The position numbers and the translations under genes were made by a program. The notes under the pieces were generated by a model. It was not told where the DNA came from and ran no database searches. It saw nothing but the letters and a program-made list of their open reading frames with translations. From assembly GCA_045647125.1 (NCBI GenBank), contig JAZRLZ010000019.1, positions 593 to 64,592 of the forward strand: a stretch of 64,000 bases of DNA. Reading direction: 5' to 3'. Below are positions 28,422-37,280 of the stretch, piece after piece (position 1 is the stretch's first letter; every line of letters starts with the position of its first letter). The stretch is from Acutalibacteraceae bacterium (lineage in GTDB: Bacteria > Bacillota > Clostridia > Oscillospirales > Acutalibacteraceae).

Positions 28422-28751
28422 ATGGAATTTATAGAAAAAGCCCTGCTTGTAACCTCGTTTTTTACCGCTTTAGTTGGTGTGATTGCCTTTATGGTAAAGG
28501 TTTATAAATTTATACGTGCATGGGAAAAGTGGGTAGAGGAAAAGGATGCTCACGATAAGGATAATTATATGTCAATTCAGCAATTGAAAATAATGTCCCC
28601 ATATATGCCCTTGTCGGAGCGTATAAAAGCAGGTGAAAAATATATTCAATGTGGCGGCAACGGAGAGGTCAGGCATATATACAACGAGCTGCTTGACTGT
28701 ATAAGCTTTGATGAGAGTAATATTCAAGGCGAATGTGATGTTGAGTTTTAA
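28422..28751 (+). CDS. Single-TM lysis-cassette membrane protein (holin-accessory / XhlA-position)
   Basis: 109 aa, one N-terminal TM helix, directly upstream of the holin. Confidence 0.45.
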   Translation: MEFIEKALLVTSFFTALVGVIAFMVKVYKFIRAWEKWVEEKDAHDKDNYMSIQQLKIMSPYMPLSERIKAGEKYIQCGGNGEVRHIYNELLDCISFDESNIQGECDVEF

Positions 28752-28769
28752 CAGGAGGCACGAGATTAT

Positions 28770-29057
28770 ATGAAGATTAATTTAAAAGTAAGGTTAAGGA
28801 ATAAAACCTTTGTTGCGGCATCTGTAGTGTTGATAATTTCTTTTTTGTACACCCTTCTTTCCCTTTTTGGCTTTGTGCCTCAGGTGTCAGAAAAACAAAT
28901 AACCGAGCTTGCAATGATGGGAATTAATATTTTAGCATTTTTAGGTGTGCTTATTGACCCTACAACAAAGGGGATAAATGATAGCGAAAGGGCAATGCAG
29001 TATTTGAGAGTTGTCGGAAATGATATTGAGAGTGAAGAGGTGATAATTAATGAGTAA
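28770..29057 (+). CDS. Holin (SPP1/phi-LC3-type)
   Basis: 95 aa, two TM helices, characteristic IDPTTKGINDS motif. Confidence 0.75.
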   Translation: MKINLKVRLRNKTFVAASVVLIISFLYTLLSLFGFVPQVSEKQITELAMMGINILAFLGVLIDPTTKGINDSERAMQYLRVVGNDIESEEVIINE

Positions 29058-29730
29058 GCGTATTTATATTTCGCCCAGCAGTCAGGGGGATAATGCCTAT
29101 GCCTACGGCAACACAAACGAAAAGGAGCAATGCGAAAAAATTGCAAAGGCTTGTGTAGCCTTTTTGCAGGAGCAGGGCTTCAATGTAAAGGTGCGATATA
29201 ACAGCGATATGTATGTGAGGGTAAGCGAAAGTAATGCTTTCGGTGCGGATTTGCACGTTGCAATTCACACAAACGCTACTGCTTCGCACAATGTTACGGG
29301 TGGTACGTCGGTTTTGCTTTATGACCTTACGGGGGAGCGTAAAAAGGCAGGTCAGGCGATTTTTGACCGACTTTCACCAATTACACCGGGTAAAAGTGCA
29401 GAAAGAATTATGGCTTATCCCGGCTTTTACGAAATTAAAAACACAAATGCACCTACAGTGTATTGTGAATGCGAATTCCATGATACAAAAGATGGTGCGA
29501 AATTCATTGTGAATAACACCGTGCGTATCGGGGAAGCAATCGCAAAGGGTATCTGTGACTATTATGGTGTAAAAATCAACGATGGAAATAAAAACAACGC
29601 TCCGTCAGATGGCGGAACGCTGTATACTGTTCAGGTAGGTGCATTTTCTGAAAAAGCTAATGCACAGAACCTTCTTAAAAAGCTTGAAAAAGCAGGGTTT
29701 GATGGTTATATAACAACTAAAAAGAGATGA
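29050..29730 (+). CDS. Endolysin: N-acetylmuramoyl-L-alanine amidase (Amidase_3) with a C-terminal SPOR domain
   Basis: ISPSSQ...N...HTNA amidase pattern. C-terminal YTVQVGAFSEKANAQNLLKKLEKAGFDGYI SPOR-like segment. Confidence 0.8.
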   Translation: MSKRIYISPSSQGDNAYAYGNTNEKEQCEKIAKACVAFLQEQGFNVKVRYNSDMYVRVSESNAFGADLHVAIHTNATASHNVTGGTSVLLYDLTGERKKAGQAIFDRLSPITPGKSAERIMAYPGFYEIKNTNAPTVYCECEFHDTKDGAKFIVNNTVRIGEAIAKGICDYYGVKINDGNKNNAPSDGGTLYTVQVGAFSEKANAQNLLKKLEKAGFDGYITTKKR

Positions 29731-30810
29731 TTAATCAAGACCTGAAGCACGTCTTAAAATAAGACGGCAATCTTCTGTGTCGATTACGTCATTACTGTTT
29801 ATGTCACAAACAAAGGTTTCGTAATCGTTCAGCGGTTCGGTCTGCATGGCGGCTACGCGTAAAATTTTACGTGCATCCTTTGTGGTAAGTTTACCGTCGC
29901 CGTCGATATCACCGAAAAGCTCAACTTCAACGTCAAAATCACTGAATACGGCAGGTGCGTTGTAAAGCTTGACGTATTTTGCAGCGGCGGAATCATGGTT
30001 GCAGGTTATTGTAATAATATGTGAAAAATCGGTTGAGTTATCGGGGCGGATTGCAAAAGCATATCTGCCGATAGCAATAACATTGTCAGGTATCTCAACC
30101 TCGGTAAGACTCGTACAGCTTTCAAAAGCGTATGAATCAATCTGCAGGTCACCTGTGCCGAAATTAAGGTTTGTAAGAGCACTACAGCCCTTGAAAGCGG
30201 AATTGCCGATAAATCCCAATTCATCAGGGAGTGAAAGCGTTTTTATTGAAATACAATTTGAAAATGCGTATTGGTCAATGTACAGAAGCTTCGAACTCAT
30301 TCTTACAGTGCTTAGTGCCTTACAGCCTGCGAAAGCATTTTTGCCGATAACCTTTGTATTGTTCAGATAAAGGTCTGTAAGTGATGTGCAGCCGTAAAAG
30401 GCGTATTCACCTACGGTTTCGGTATTGTTAAGCTTTATCTGTGTAAGTGATTTGCATGTGTTGAAGGCTTTGGCACCGATGGATTTTACACCGCTTCCCA
30501 AGGTAACTTTTTTAAGATTGGCACAGTTATAAAAAGCCATCTGTCCTATGGCGGTTACCGTATCGGGAATAATTACGCTTGTGATATTTGATTTTAACTG
30601 GAAAGCACCGTTACCGATTGCAACAACGTTTTTGCCGTCAATCTGTGATGGGATTGTAACCGCATTTGCAGTAAAGTTGTTATATGCGGTAATGGTAACG
30701 GTGTTGTTGGAGGTTGTGTATTCATAATCCTTGTATTTTGCACCAAACACCGACGGCACACTCATAAAAATAAGAGTGATCGCCAGAATAACAGAAAGAA
30801 ACTTTTTCAT
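29731..30810 (-). CDS. Secreted BspA-type leucine-rich-repeat protein with a C-terminal dockerin
   Basis: Signal peptide. Repeated ~23-aa units (IGxxAFxxCxxL). Dockerin segments DIDGDGKLTTKDARKIL and DINSNDVIDTEDCRLIL. Confidence 0.8.
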   Translation of the reverse strand: MKKFLSVILAITLIFMSVPSVFGAKYKDYEYTTSNNTVTITAYNNFTANAVTIPSQIDGKNVVAIGNGAFQLKSNITSVIIPDTVTAIGQMAFYNCANLKKVTLGSGVKSIGAKAFNTCKSLTQIKLNNTETVGEYAFYGCTSLTDLYLNNTKVIGKNAFAGCKALSTVRMSSKLLYIDQYAFSNCISIKTLSLPDELGFIGNSAFKGCSALTNLNFGTGDLQIDSYAFESCTSLTEVEIPDNVIAIGRYAFAIRPDNSTDFSHIITITCNHDSAAAKYVKLYNAPAVFSDFDVEVELFGDIDGDGKLTTKDARKILRVAAMQTEPLNDYETFVCDINSNDVIDTEDCRLILRRASGLD

Positions 30811-30823
30811 TTGTAAACCTCCG

Positions 30824-31534
30824 TTAAAAGCTTGTAATCATAAGTGAGCAGGCTAAAATCATCTGCCCGAAAAAGTATGACGAATTCTTGGGCATCTGCG
30901 GTTTATGGGGTGGTGGTACAGCAACCTGCTGACGTGTTTGTAAAAGTCGGGCAAAGCTGACTGCTCCTGCACCAAGTATCAATGCACAGCTGCCGCTTTG
31001 CATAAGAGGGGCTCCCTGTTTAAAGCATAAAATGCCGAGGAAAAACCCGCTATTTAGGGTGATTACACCCGAAAAAACAGAGATTGCAAGAAGCGGATTG
31101 AATTTTCCTTTTGGTCTGCACATAAAAGGGATAAGGAAAATCGTTAGGGGAATTGCAGGTATAAGCCACAGAAGCTTTGCGGGTTTTGTTCCAAGCTCTG
31201 TGAATGAAAAGCTTATGAAAGCCGATGAATACACAAGAGAGGAAAGCGAGTGGGTAAGGAAATATGAATTGCAAATTTCTTTTTTGCTGACTTCACTTGT
31301 GATATCACCGATAAAGCTTAGTATAAGCCCTGCACCGAGTAACAAAAAGTAAAGGCTCAGGTGTGATTTGTATATTGCACCGCACAGAAGAAAAGCGGCT
31401 ATGTATATACCCGAGCAAAGTAATTTGTATTTGACAGACTTTTTGTTCATATCACTTGATTTCACTATTGAATACCAGGTAACAGCAAGAAGTTCTATGA
31501 AAAATAATCCTGCAAGAATAATAAGTAAAAGCAT
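30824..31534 (-). CDS. YhhN-family (lysoplasmalogenase-like) polytopic membrane protein
   Basis: 236 aa, about 8 TM helices, SFIGDI motif typical of YhhN. Confidence 0.45.
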   Translation of the reverse strand: MLLLIILAGLFFIELLAVTWYSIVKSSDMNKKSVKYKLLCSGIYIAAFLLCGAIYKSHLSLYFLLLGAGLILSFIGDITSEVSKKEICNSYFLTHSLSSLVYSSAFISFSFTELGTKPAKLLWLIPAIPLTIFLIPFMCRPKGKFNPLLAISVFSGVITLNSGFFLGILCFKQGAPLMQSGSCALILGAGAVSFARLLQTRQQVAVPPPHKPQMPKNSSYFFGQMILACSLMITSF

Positions 31535-31726
31535 AATACTTCCTTGAAAATTAAAGTGTTTTCACCCATTATACACCATATTTCCTCGTTTGTACATAAA
31601 CAATTTGTTAATAAGAATTAATATTTATAACATATTCAATGTAAAACTATTGCTTTTTATGTATAAAAGTTGTATAATGCATTCAGTAAACCTTTGGGTT
31701 TCAAAATATGAAAAGAGGTATTAGTA

Positions 31727-32518
31727 ATGAAAAAGTTTCTTAAAATTGCTTCAATCGTTCTTGTTATCGCAATGATTGCAAGTTTTGCTGCTTGCGGCGG
31801 CTCAGAAAAGGCTGAGGAAGCTGCACCTGCAGAAAAAGAAGTTCTTGTTATGGCTACTAACGCTGCATTCCCTCCCTATGAGTTCAAAGAGGGCGACGAG
31901 TTTGCAGGTATCGACGTTGAAATTGCTCAGGCAATTGCAGACAAGCTCGGTATGACTCTTGAAATCAAGGACGTTGAGTTCGGCTCAATCATCGGTGGTG
32001 TTCAGACCGGCAAATTCGATATGGGTATGGCTGGTATGACAGTTACTGAGGAAAGAAAAGAAAGCGTTAACTTCTCAAATACATACGCAACAGGCGTTCA
32101 GGTTGTTATCGTTGCTGAGGATTCAGCTATCAAATCATTAGACGACCTTAAGGGTGACGGCTCAATGAAATTCGGCGTTCAGCAGGATACAACAGGTGAT
32201 ATCTACGCTTCTGACACAGTTGAAAATGGTGGCTACGGTGAAGATAACGTTATCCGTTACAAAACAGGTGCAGACGCTGTTCAGGGTCTCAAAACAGGTA
32301 AGGTTCAGGCAGTTATTATCGATAACGAGCCCGCAAAATCATTCGTAGAAGCTAACGAAGGTCTTAAAATTCTTGATGCTGAATGGGCAGTTGAGGATTA
32401 TGCAATTGCTATTGCTAAAGAAAACACAGAGCTTCTTGATAAAGTGAATACAGCACTTGAAGAGCTTGAGGCTGACGGCACTATCGACAAAATTATTGCA
32501 AAGTATATTCCTGCATAA
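31727..32518 (+). CDS. Amino-acid ABC transporter substrate-binding lipoprotein
   Basis: Lipobox FAAC. Type-3 SBP pattern (PPYEF, GIDVEIA). Confidence 0.85.
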   Translation: MKKFLKIASIVLVIAMIASFAACGGSEKAEEAAPAEKEVLVMATNAAFPPYEFKEGDEFAGIDVEIAQAIADKLGMTLEIKDVEFGSIIGGVQTGKFDMGMAGMTVTEERKESVNFSNTYATGVQVVIVAEDSAIKSLDDLKGDGSMKFGVQQDTTGDIYASDTVENGGYGEDNVIRYKTGADAVQGLKTGKVQAVIIDNEPAKSFVEANEGLKILDAEWAVEDYAIAIAKENTELLDKVNTALEELEADGTIDKIIAKYIPA

Positions 32519-32550
32519 TTGAGGCATAATTTATTTCTTTTTTAATACAG

Positions 32551-32597
32551 ATACGAGGGCAGTTACAAGGCTGTCCTCGTATTTTGCAGTTTTTTTA
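32551..32597 (+). terminator. Intra-operon terminator/attenuator between the binding-protein and permease genes
   Basis: 12-bp stem atacgagggcag/ctgtcctcgtat followed by T-runs. Confidence 0.6.
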
Positions 32598-32610
32598 AGG
32601 AGGGTTCTTT

Positions 32611-33354
32611 TTGGACGCTTTGAAAACATGGGCGCTTGAAATGAAGGATGTTTTCTTCCTTTGTTTCATTGATGACGATCGTTGGAAATGGTTGATTGAG
32701 GGCTTTGTTAACTCAATTATCATAACGGTGTTTGCCATTATTATCGGTTTGTTTTTCGGTATAGTTCTTGCAGCAATACGCTCCTCTTACGATAAGAACG
32801 AGGAGTCACTTAAGCTCAGAGGTGGCTTTGGATATTGGTTGCTTAAAATACTTAACGGTATTGCCAAAATCTACATAACCGTTATACGCGGTATTCCTGT
32901 TGTTGTTCAGCTTATGATATGGTACTTCGTTATTCTCGTTAGTCAGGATATTGATATTGTTGTTGCAATTGTAGCTTTCGGCTTTAACTCTGCTGCTTAT
33001 GTTGCCGAGATTTTCCGCGGCGGTATTATGTCAATTGACAATGGTCAGTTTGAGGCGGGCAGAAGCCTTGGCTTCAACTATGTTCAGACAATGATTTATA
33101 TAGTTATTCCGCAGACTATCAAATCAACGTTGCCCACACTTCTTAACGAGGTTATCGCTCTTTTAAAAGAAACCTCTGTTGCAGGCTACGTTGGTATTAT
33201 GGATCTTACAAAAGCGGGTGACCTTATCCGCGGAAGAACCTTTGAGGCATTTATGCCCCTTATTGCAGTGGCAATTATTTATCTTGTAACGGTTATTGTT
33301 CTTACAAAGATATTCACCGCTATTGAAAGGAGGTTGCGTAAGAGTGAACGATAA
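32611..33354 (+). CDS. Amino-acid ABC transporter permease
   Basis: TTG start 6 nt after AAGGAGG. Polar amino-acid permease pattern (EIFRGGI...GQ.EA..SLG). Confidence 0.85.
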   Translation: MDALKTWALEMKDVFFLCFIDDDRWKWLIEGFVNSIIITVFAIIIGLFFGIVLAAIRSSYDKNEESLKLRGGFGYWLLKILNGIAKIYITVIRGIPVVVQLMIWYFVILVSQDIDIVVAIVAFGFNSAAYVAEIFRGGIMSIDNGQFEAGRSLGFNYVQTMIYIVIPQTIKSTLPTLLNEVIALLKETSVAGYVGIMDLTKAGDLIRGRTFEAFMPLIAVAIIYLVTVIVLTKIFTAIERRLRKSER

Positions 33355-34090
33355 TGTAATTATTAAAGTTACTGACCTTAAAAAGCATTATATGAACGGC
33401 ACAGTAAAGGCTCTTGATGGCATTAACTGTGATATCCGTCGCGGTGAGGTTGTTGTTATTATCGGTCCGTCAGGCAGCGGTAAATCAACATTCTTGCGTT
33501 CCCTTAACCTTCTTGAAATACCAACCTCGGGTAAAATCGAGTTTAATGGTGCTGATATTACAGACCCCAAGGTGAATATAAATAAGCATCGCCAGAAAAT
33601 GGGAATGGTGTTCCAGCATTTCAATCTTTTCCCTAATATGAACGTGCTTAAAAATATGATAATCGCACCCACTAAGATACTCGGCAAAAGTAAAGCTGAT
33701 GCGGAAAGCAAGGCTATGGAGCTTCTGGGTAAGGTTGGTCTTTCCGAAAGAGCTGAGGCATATCCCCAGCAACTTTCAGGTGGTCAGAAGCAACGTATTG
33801 CTATAGTTCGTGCTTTGTGTATGGAACCTGAGGTTATGCTTTTCGATGAGCCTACATCTGCTCTTGACCCCGAAATGGTTGGTGAAGTGCTTGAGGTTAT
33901 GAAAAACCTTGCAAAGCAGGGTATGACTATGGCGGTTGTTACTCACGAGATGGGATTTGCCAAAGAGGTTGCCGACAGAGTTATTTTTATGGATGAGGGC
34001 GTTATTATTGAAGAAGGTACACCTGATGATATATTCAACAATCCTCAGTCTGACAGACTCAAGAGCTTCTTAAGTAAGGTGCTTATATAA
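33344..34090 (+). CDS. Amino-acid ABC transporter ATP-binding protein
   Basis: GTG 33344 follows [35 protein letters not shown]. Confidence 0.9.
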   Translation: MNDNVIIKVTDLKKHYMNGTVKALDGINCDIRRGEVVVIIGPSGSGKSTFLRSLNLLEIPTSGKIEFNGADITDPKVNINKHRQKMGMVFQHFNLFPNMNVLKNMIIAPTKILGKSKADAESKAMELLGKVGLSERAEAYPQQLSGGQKQRIAIVRALCMEPEVMLFDEPTSALDPEMVGEVLEVMKNLAKQGMTMAVVTHEMGFAKEVADRVIFMDEGVIIEEGTPDDIFNNPQSDRLKSFLSKVLI

Positions 34091-34091
34091 A

Positions 34092-34868
34092 ATGACAAAG
34101 TCGGAATATTTATCTAATTCTGCAAAGCTTCTTGCGGTTGTTTCCGCATTGTTGCTTGTTGCGAATTTCCTTGTTTCCTTTTGCGGTGATACAGAGCTTT
34201 TGTTCAGTTTGGGACAGAAGCTTTCAAACCTGAGCTTTTATGTTGCTATGGTGTTGGGCTTCCTTGCTTTTAATGGAGAGGGGATTGCCTATAAGCGTGC
34301 CAGGGAATATAAGAGTAAGAAGTTTACAACCATTCTCAAGATTTTTCTGGTATACGCATTCGTCTTCCGTTTTTTCAAAACTCTTGTCGAAAATGCTTTG
34401 GTTAAAAATGGGGCGACAGATTGGTTGGGGCTTTTGGCTGCACTTTTCTGTGCTATGCTTAATGCGGTTGCATCCTATGGCTTTTTGCTGACACTTGTAT
34501 CGTTACGCTACGTATTTAGGGATTCTTTCGCTAAAAAGCTTTTTGCGACAGAGGCGTTTTCATTCCTTGTGGGCGTTGTGTACAATGTGTTCAAGCTTTT
34601 TAACTATGTTGTTGTGAAATATAATTTTGCAGGCTTTAATCAAAGCCTTAATGCATTGTTTATGAATGAAGGTGTGTTACACACTCTTTGTGTTTTGCAA
34701 TATCTTCTTAATTTTGTGATGTTTGTTGTTGTTATGCGTCATTATTCGCGCCTTGCAATAGGTGAGCAGGAGGCTTTCAAAAGCTCACAGGAAATGAGGT
34801 CTAAGGCGAAAAGCATCTATAAATCCGATTGTGTGGGAATTGACACGTTGGATGATGATTTTTCATAA
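34092..34868 (+). CDS. Polytopic membrane protein of unknown function, coupled to the ABC importer operon
   Basis: ATG lies 1 nt after the upstream stop. 258 aa, about 6 hydrophobic helices. Confidence 0.55.
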   Translation: MTKSEYLSNSAKLLAVVSALLLVANFLVSFCGDTELLFSLGQKLSNLSFYVAMVLGFLAFNGEGIAYKRAREYKSKKFTTILKIFLVYAFVFRFFKTLVENALVKNGATDWLGLLAALFCAMLNAVASYGFLLTLVSLRYVFRDSFAKKLFATEAFSFLVGVVYNVFKLFNYVVVKYNFAGFNQSLNALFMNEGVLHTLCVLQYLLNFVMFVVVMRHYSRLAIGEQEAFKSSQEMRSKAKSIYKSDCVGIDTLDDDFS

Positions 34869-34877
34869 ATTTCAAAA

Positions 34878-34910
34878 ATGTCTGTTTGCTGATGCCGACA
34901 GACGTTTTTT
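34878..34910 (+). terminator. Rho-independent terminator
   Basis: Stem atgtctgt/acagacgt followed by TTTTTT. Confidence 0.65.
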
Positions 34911-35062
34911 ATTTTTATAAATAAATTTAATAAAAAAGATACAATATTATCTTATTTACGACACAAATAATTCTAAAAAAGAAAATATAATCGTACATAT
35001 TGTGGTAAAATGTCTATGATTAGTACTTTTTGTGTACATATAGATTTTTAAAGGAGGACAAT

Positions 35063-37228
35063 ATGAAACGTTTTTTTAGCATACTTATTGTCATAACAAT
35101 TTGTGTTTCCTTTTTTAATATTGCTCCCGTTGCCAAAGCGGCAGAGGTAGGGGATGTTGATGCCGACGGTGAAATAACAACTGCTGATGCATCACTTGCT
35201 TTAAGAATTGCGGCTATGCAGGTAAAGCCCACAACAGCACAAAAGAAAAGGGCAGATTTTACGGGGAATGGTGTTGTAAGTATTGCGGATGTACGTCAGA
35301 TACTTTACGCTATCGGCGATATTGAGGTTGATTTTGAAACAAGCATTAAAGAAAGCGGGTTTCCGAAATCTTATATAAAACCTCTTATGGATTTGCACGA
35401 AAAATATCCTGAGTGGAGTTTCGAGCCATTAATAACAGGTCTTAATTTTGAAGCAGCTGTTAAGGGTGAACGTACTCCTCACAAAAAACAGCTTATTATT
35501 GAAGGTAGTGCTTCTGAAAAATGTAGCTGCAGCTCATGCTATGGGGTTGTGCAGGAAGGCGGCGGATGGTACAGTGCCTCCGAATCAGCGGTAAGATATT
35601 ACCTTGATCCGCGCAACTTCCTTAATGAAAAATATATTTTCCAGTTTGAAAGTACAGTTTATGATTCTGGTATGACTATTGAGGCTATTGAGCATATACT
35701 CAGAAACACTTGGATGTATAAGAGTAATATAAAATACCTTGATGCTGCAGGAAATACCTGTACTTATACTGAAAATGGCGCTCCGCTTAAATATTCTCAG
35801 GCTATTATGAGAGCGGCACAGGATAGTGGTATGAGTGCGAGTTACCTTGCATCTAAAATAGTTCAGGAGGTTGGTTCTTCAAGCTCTTCTGTAGCAGGTG
35901 GCTCAAGCGGTAAAAGTGCTCCGTATTATGGCATATATAACTATTATAACATCTGTGCCTACACCGGAGTTTCCGATGGTCTCAGCTTTGCAAACGGCAA
36001 TATGAAGACATCTACAAGTGCAAAGATTTATAAAACTGCTTCGACTGCAACTGCACTTTGTACTGCACCTTCGGGTACAAGGCTTTATTACAGGGGTGTA
36101 TCAGGCTCTTATTATAAGGTAAGGGCAACTGTAAGCGGTACAACTTATACGGGTTATATTGCGAAATCTGCAGTTTCGATCAGCACCTCCTACGGCAGGC
36201 CCTGGGATAACCCCTACAAAGCAATTTATTACGGTGCACAGTATATCTACAATACCTTTGGTGCAACACAGTATACGGGTTATTTGCAGAAATTCAACGT
36301 TAACCCGGAATCAGGTGCTTTGTATGACCACGAATATATGGCAAATGTAAGGGCTGCCGCTCAGGAAAGCAGTCATACATATAGTGCTTATGTTTCAAGC
36401 GGTGTTCTTGCTGATAAAAAGGTGTTTTCAATACCCGTATTCAACAATATGCCCAATGACAGTACTAACAATACGGTTTCAGCACCAAGCACCCCGTCAT
36501 CTGTTTCGATTTCGTCTAAAACCTCAAACTCTATAACGATTAAATGGAGTGCGGTTAACTGTACATCTTATTCCGTTTACAGGTCTGATATTGCGTCGGG
36601 TGGTTATAAGCTTATTGATACAACAACCTCTGCAAGCTATAAGGATGAAAATCTAATACCCGGTGTAAGCTACACATACAAGGTTAAGGCGTGTAGGTCG
36701 GCAAATGGCGTATACGTATATTCAAGCTTCAGTAACTCAATAAAGGGGACAACCTCGGGTACAAGAGTGACCAAGGTAGGTACGGTTAACGTTGATACGG
36801 CTCTTAATCTCAGGTCAGGTCCGAGTCTTGATTCGGGTATAATAACGACCTTACCTGCCGGGCAGAAGCTTTACATTATATCCACCTCAAATGGTTGGCA
36901 TAATGTTAAATTCAATAAAGGTAAAAGATTATATTCCGGTTACGTAAGTGCCGATTATATAATTGTCACAACCCTTAACGTAAATAAAACTTGTCCCTAC
37001 AATGAGCCTACAAAAACCGTTTATGAGGGTGAACGTGGTAACGATGCCTCGTGGATTCAGTGGCATCTGGCACAGCTTGGATATTTGTCCGAATCAAGTG
37101 TAGACGGCACCTTTGGTGCAACTACAAAAAGTGCTGTTATTGCATTCCAAAAAAATAGCGGACTTACTGCTGACGGTGTAGTCGGCTCATCAACAAGGTC
37201 GGCAATGAAAAAAGCGGTCAATAGTTAA
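35063..37228 (+). CDS. Secreted multidomain peptidoglycan hydrolase: N-terminal dockerin, glucosaminidase-like domain, FN3, SH3-like and C-terminal PG_binding_1
   Basis: ATG 35063 follows AAAGGAGG. Dockerin segments DVDADGEITTADASLAL and FTGNGVVSIADVRQIL. LytD-like segment AAQDSGMSASYLASKIVQE...YNYYN. FN3-like WSAVNCTSYSVYRS. C-terminal VDGTFGATTKSAVIAFQKNSGLTADGVVG. Confidence 0.7.
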   Translation: MKRFFSILIVITICVSFFNIAPVAKAAEVGDVDADGEITTADASLALRIAAMQVKPTTAQKKRADFTGNGVVSIADVRQILYAIGDIEVDFETSIKESGFPKSYIKPLMDLHEKYPEWSFEPLITGLNFEAAVKGERTPHKKQLIIEGSASEKCSCSSCYGVVQEGGGWYSASESAVRYYLDPRNFLNEKYIFQFESTVYDSGMTIEAIEHILRNTWMYKSNIKYLDAAGNTCTYTENGAPLKYSQAIMRAAQDSGMSASYLASKIVQEVGSSSSSVAGGSSGKSAPYYGIYNYYNICAYTGVSDGLSFANGNMKTSTSAKIYKTASTATALCTAPSGTRLYYRGVSGSYYKVRATVSGTTYTGYIAKSAVSISTSYGRPWDNPYKAIYYGAQYIYNTFGATQYTGYLQKFNVNPESGALYDHEYMANVRAAAQESSHTYSAYVSSGVLADKKVFSIPVFNNMPNDSTNNTVSAPSTPSSVSISSKTSNSITIKWSAVNCTSYSVYRSDIASGGYKLIDTTTSASYKDENLIPGVSYTYKVKACRSANGVYVYSSFSNSIKGTTSGTRVTKVGTVNVDTALNLRSGPSLDSGIITTLPAGQKLYIISTSNGWHNVKFNKGKRLYSGYVSADYIIVTTLNVNKTCPYNEPTKTVYEGERGNDASWIQWHLAQLGYLSESSVDGTFGATTKSAVIAFQKNSGLTADGVVGSSTRSAMKKAVNS

Positions 37229-37267
37229 AAAATATCCTGATGAGGAAATCCTCATCAGGAATTTTTT
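37227..37267. terminator. Bidirectional rho-independent terminator
   Basis: 12-bp perfect inverted repeat tcctgatgagga/tcctcatcagga flanked by an A-run and a T-run. Confidence 0.8.
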
Positions 37268-37280
37268 GTGCATTTGAAAT

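Larger units (their letters stand above)
13900..29730 (+). mobile_element. Compact phage-derived particle/lysis locus (defective prophage or GTA/PBSX-like element) lacking integrase and replication modules
   Basis: ImmA-like/XRE pair facing 19 contiguous plus-strand ORFs: terminase, portal, Prp, scaffold, capsid, tail/fibre, holin, amidase. No recombinase, replication, tape-measure, tube or sheath ORF in any frame. Confidence 0.8.

Noticed and set aside
31535-31726. Long AT-rich leader upstream of the amino-acid ABC importer, checked for a T-box or amino-acid riboswitch
   Set aside because: No specifier/T-box motif or conserved riboswitch helices are visible. Only a plausible extended -10 promoter (TGTTATAAT) was found.
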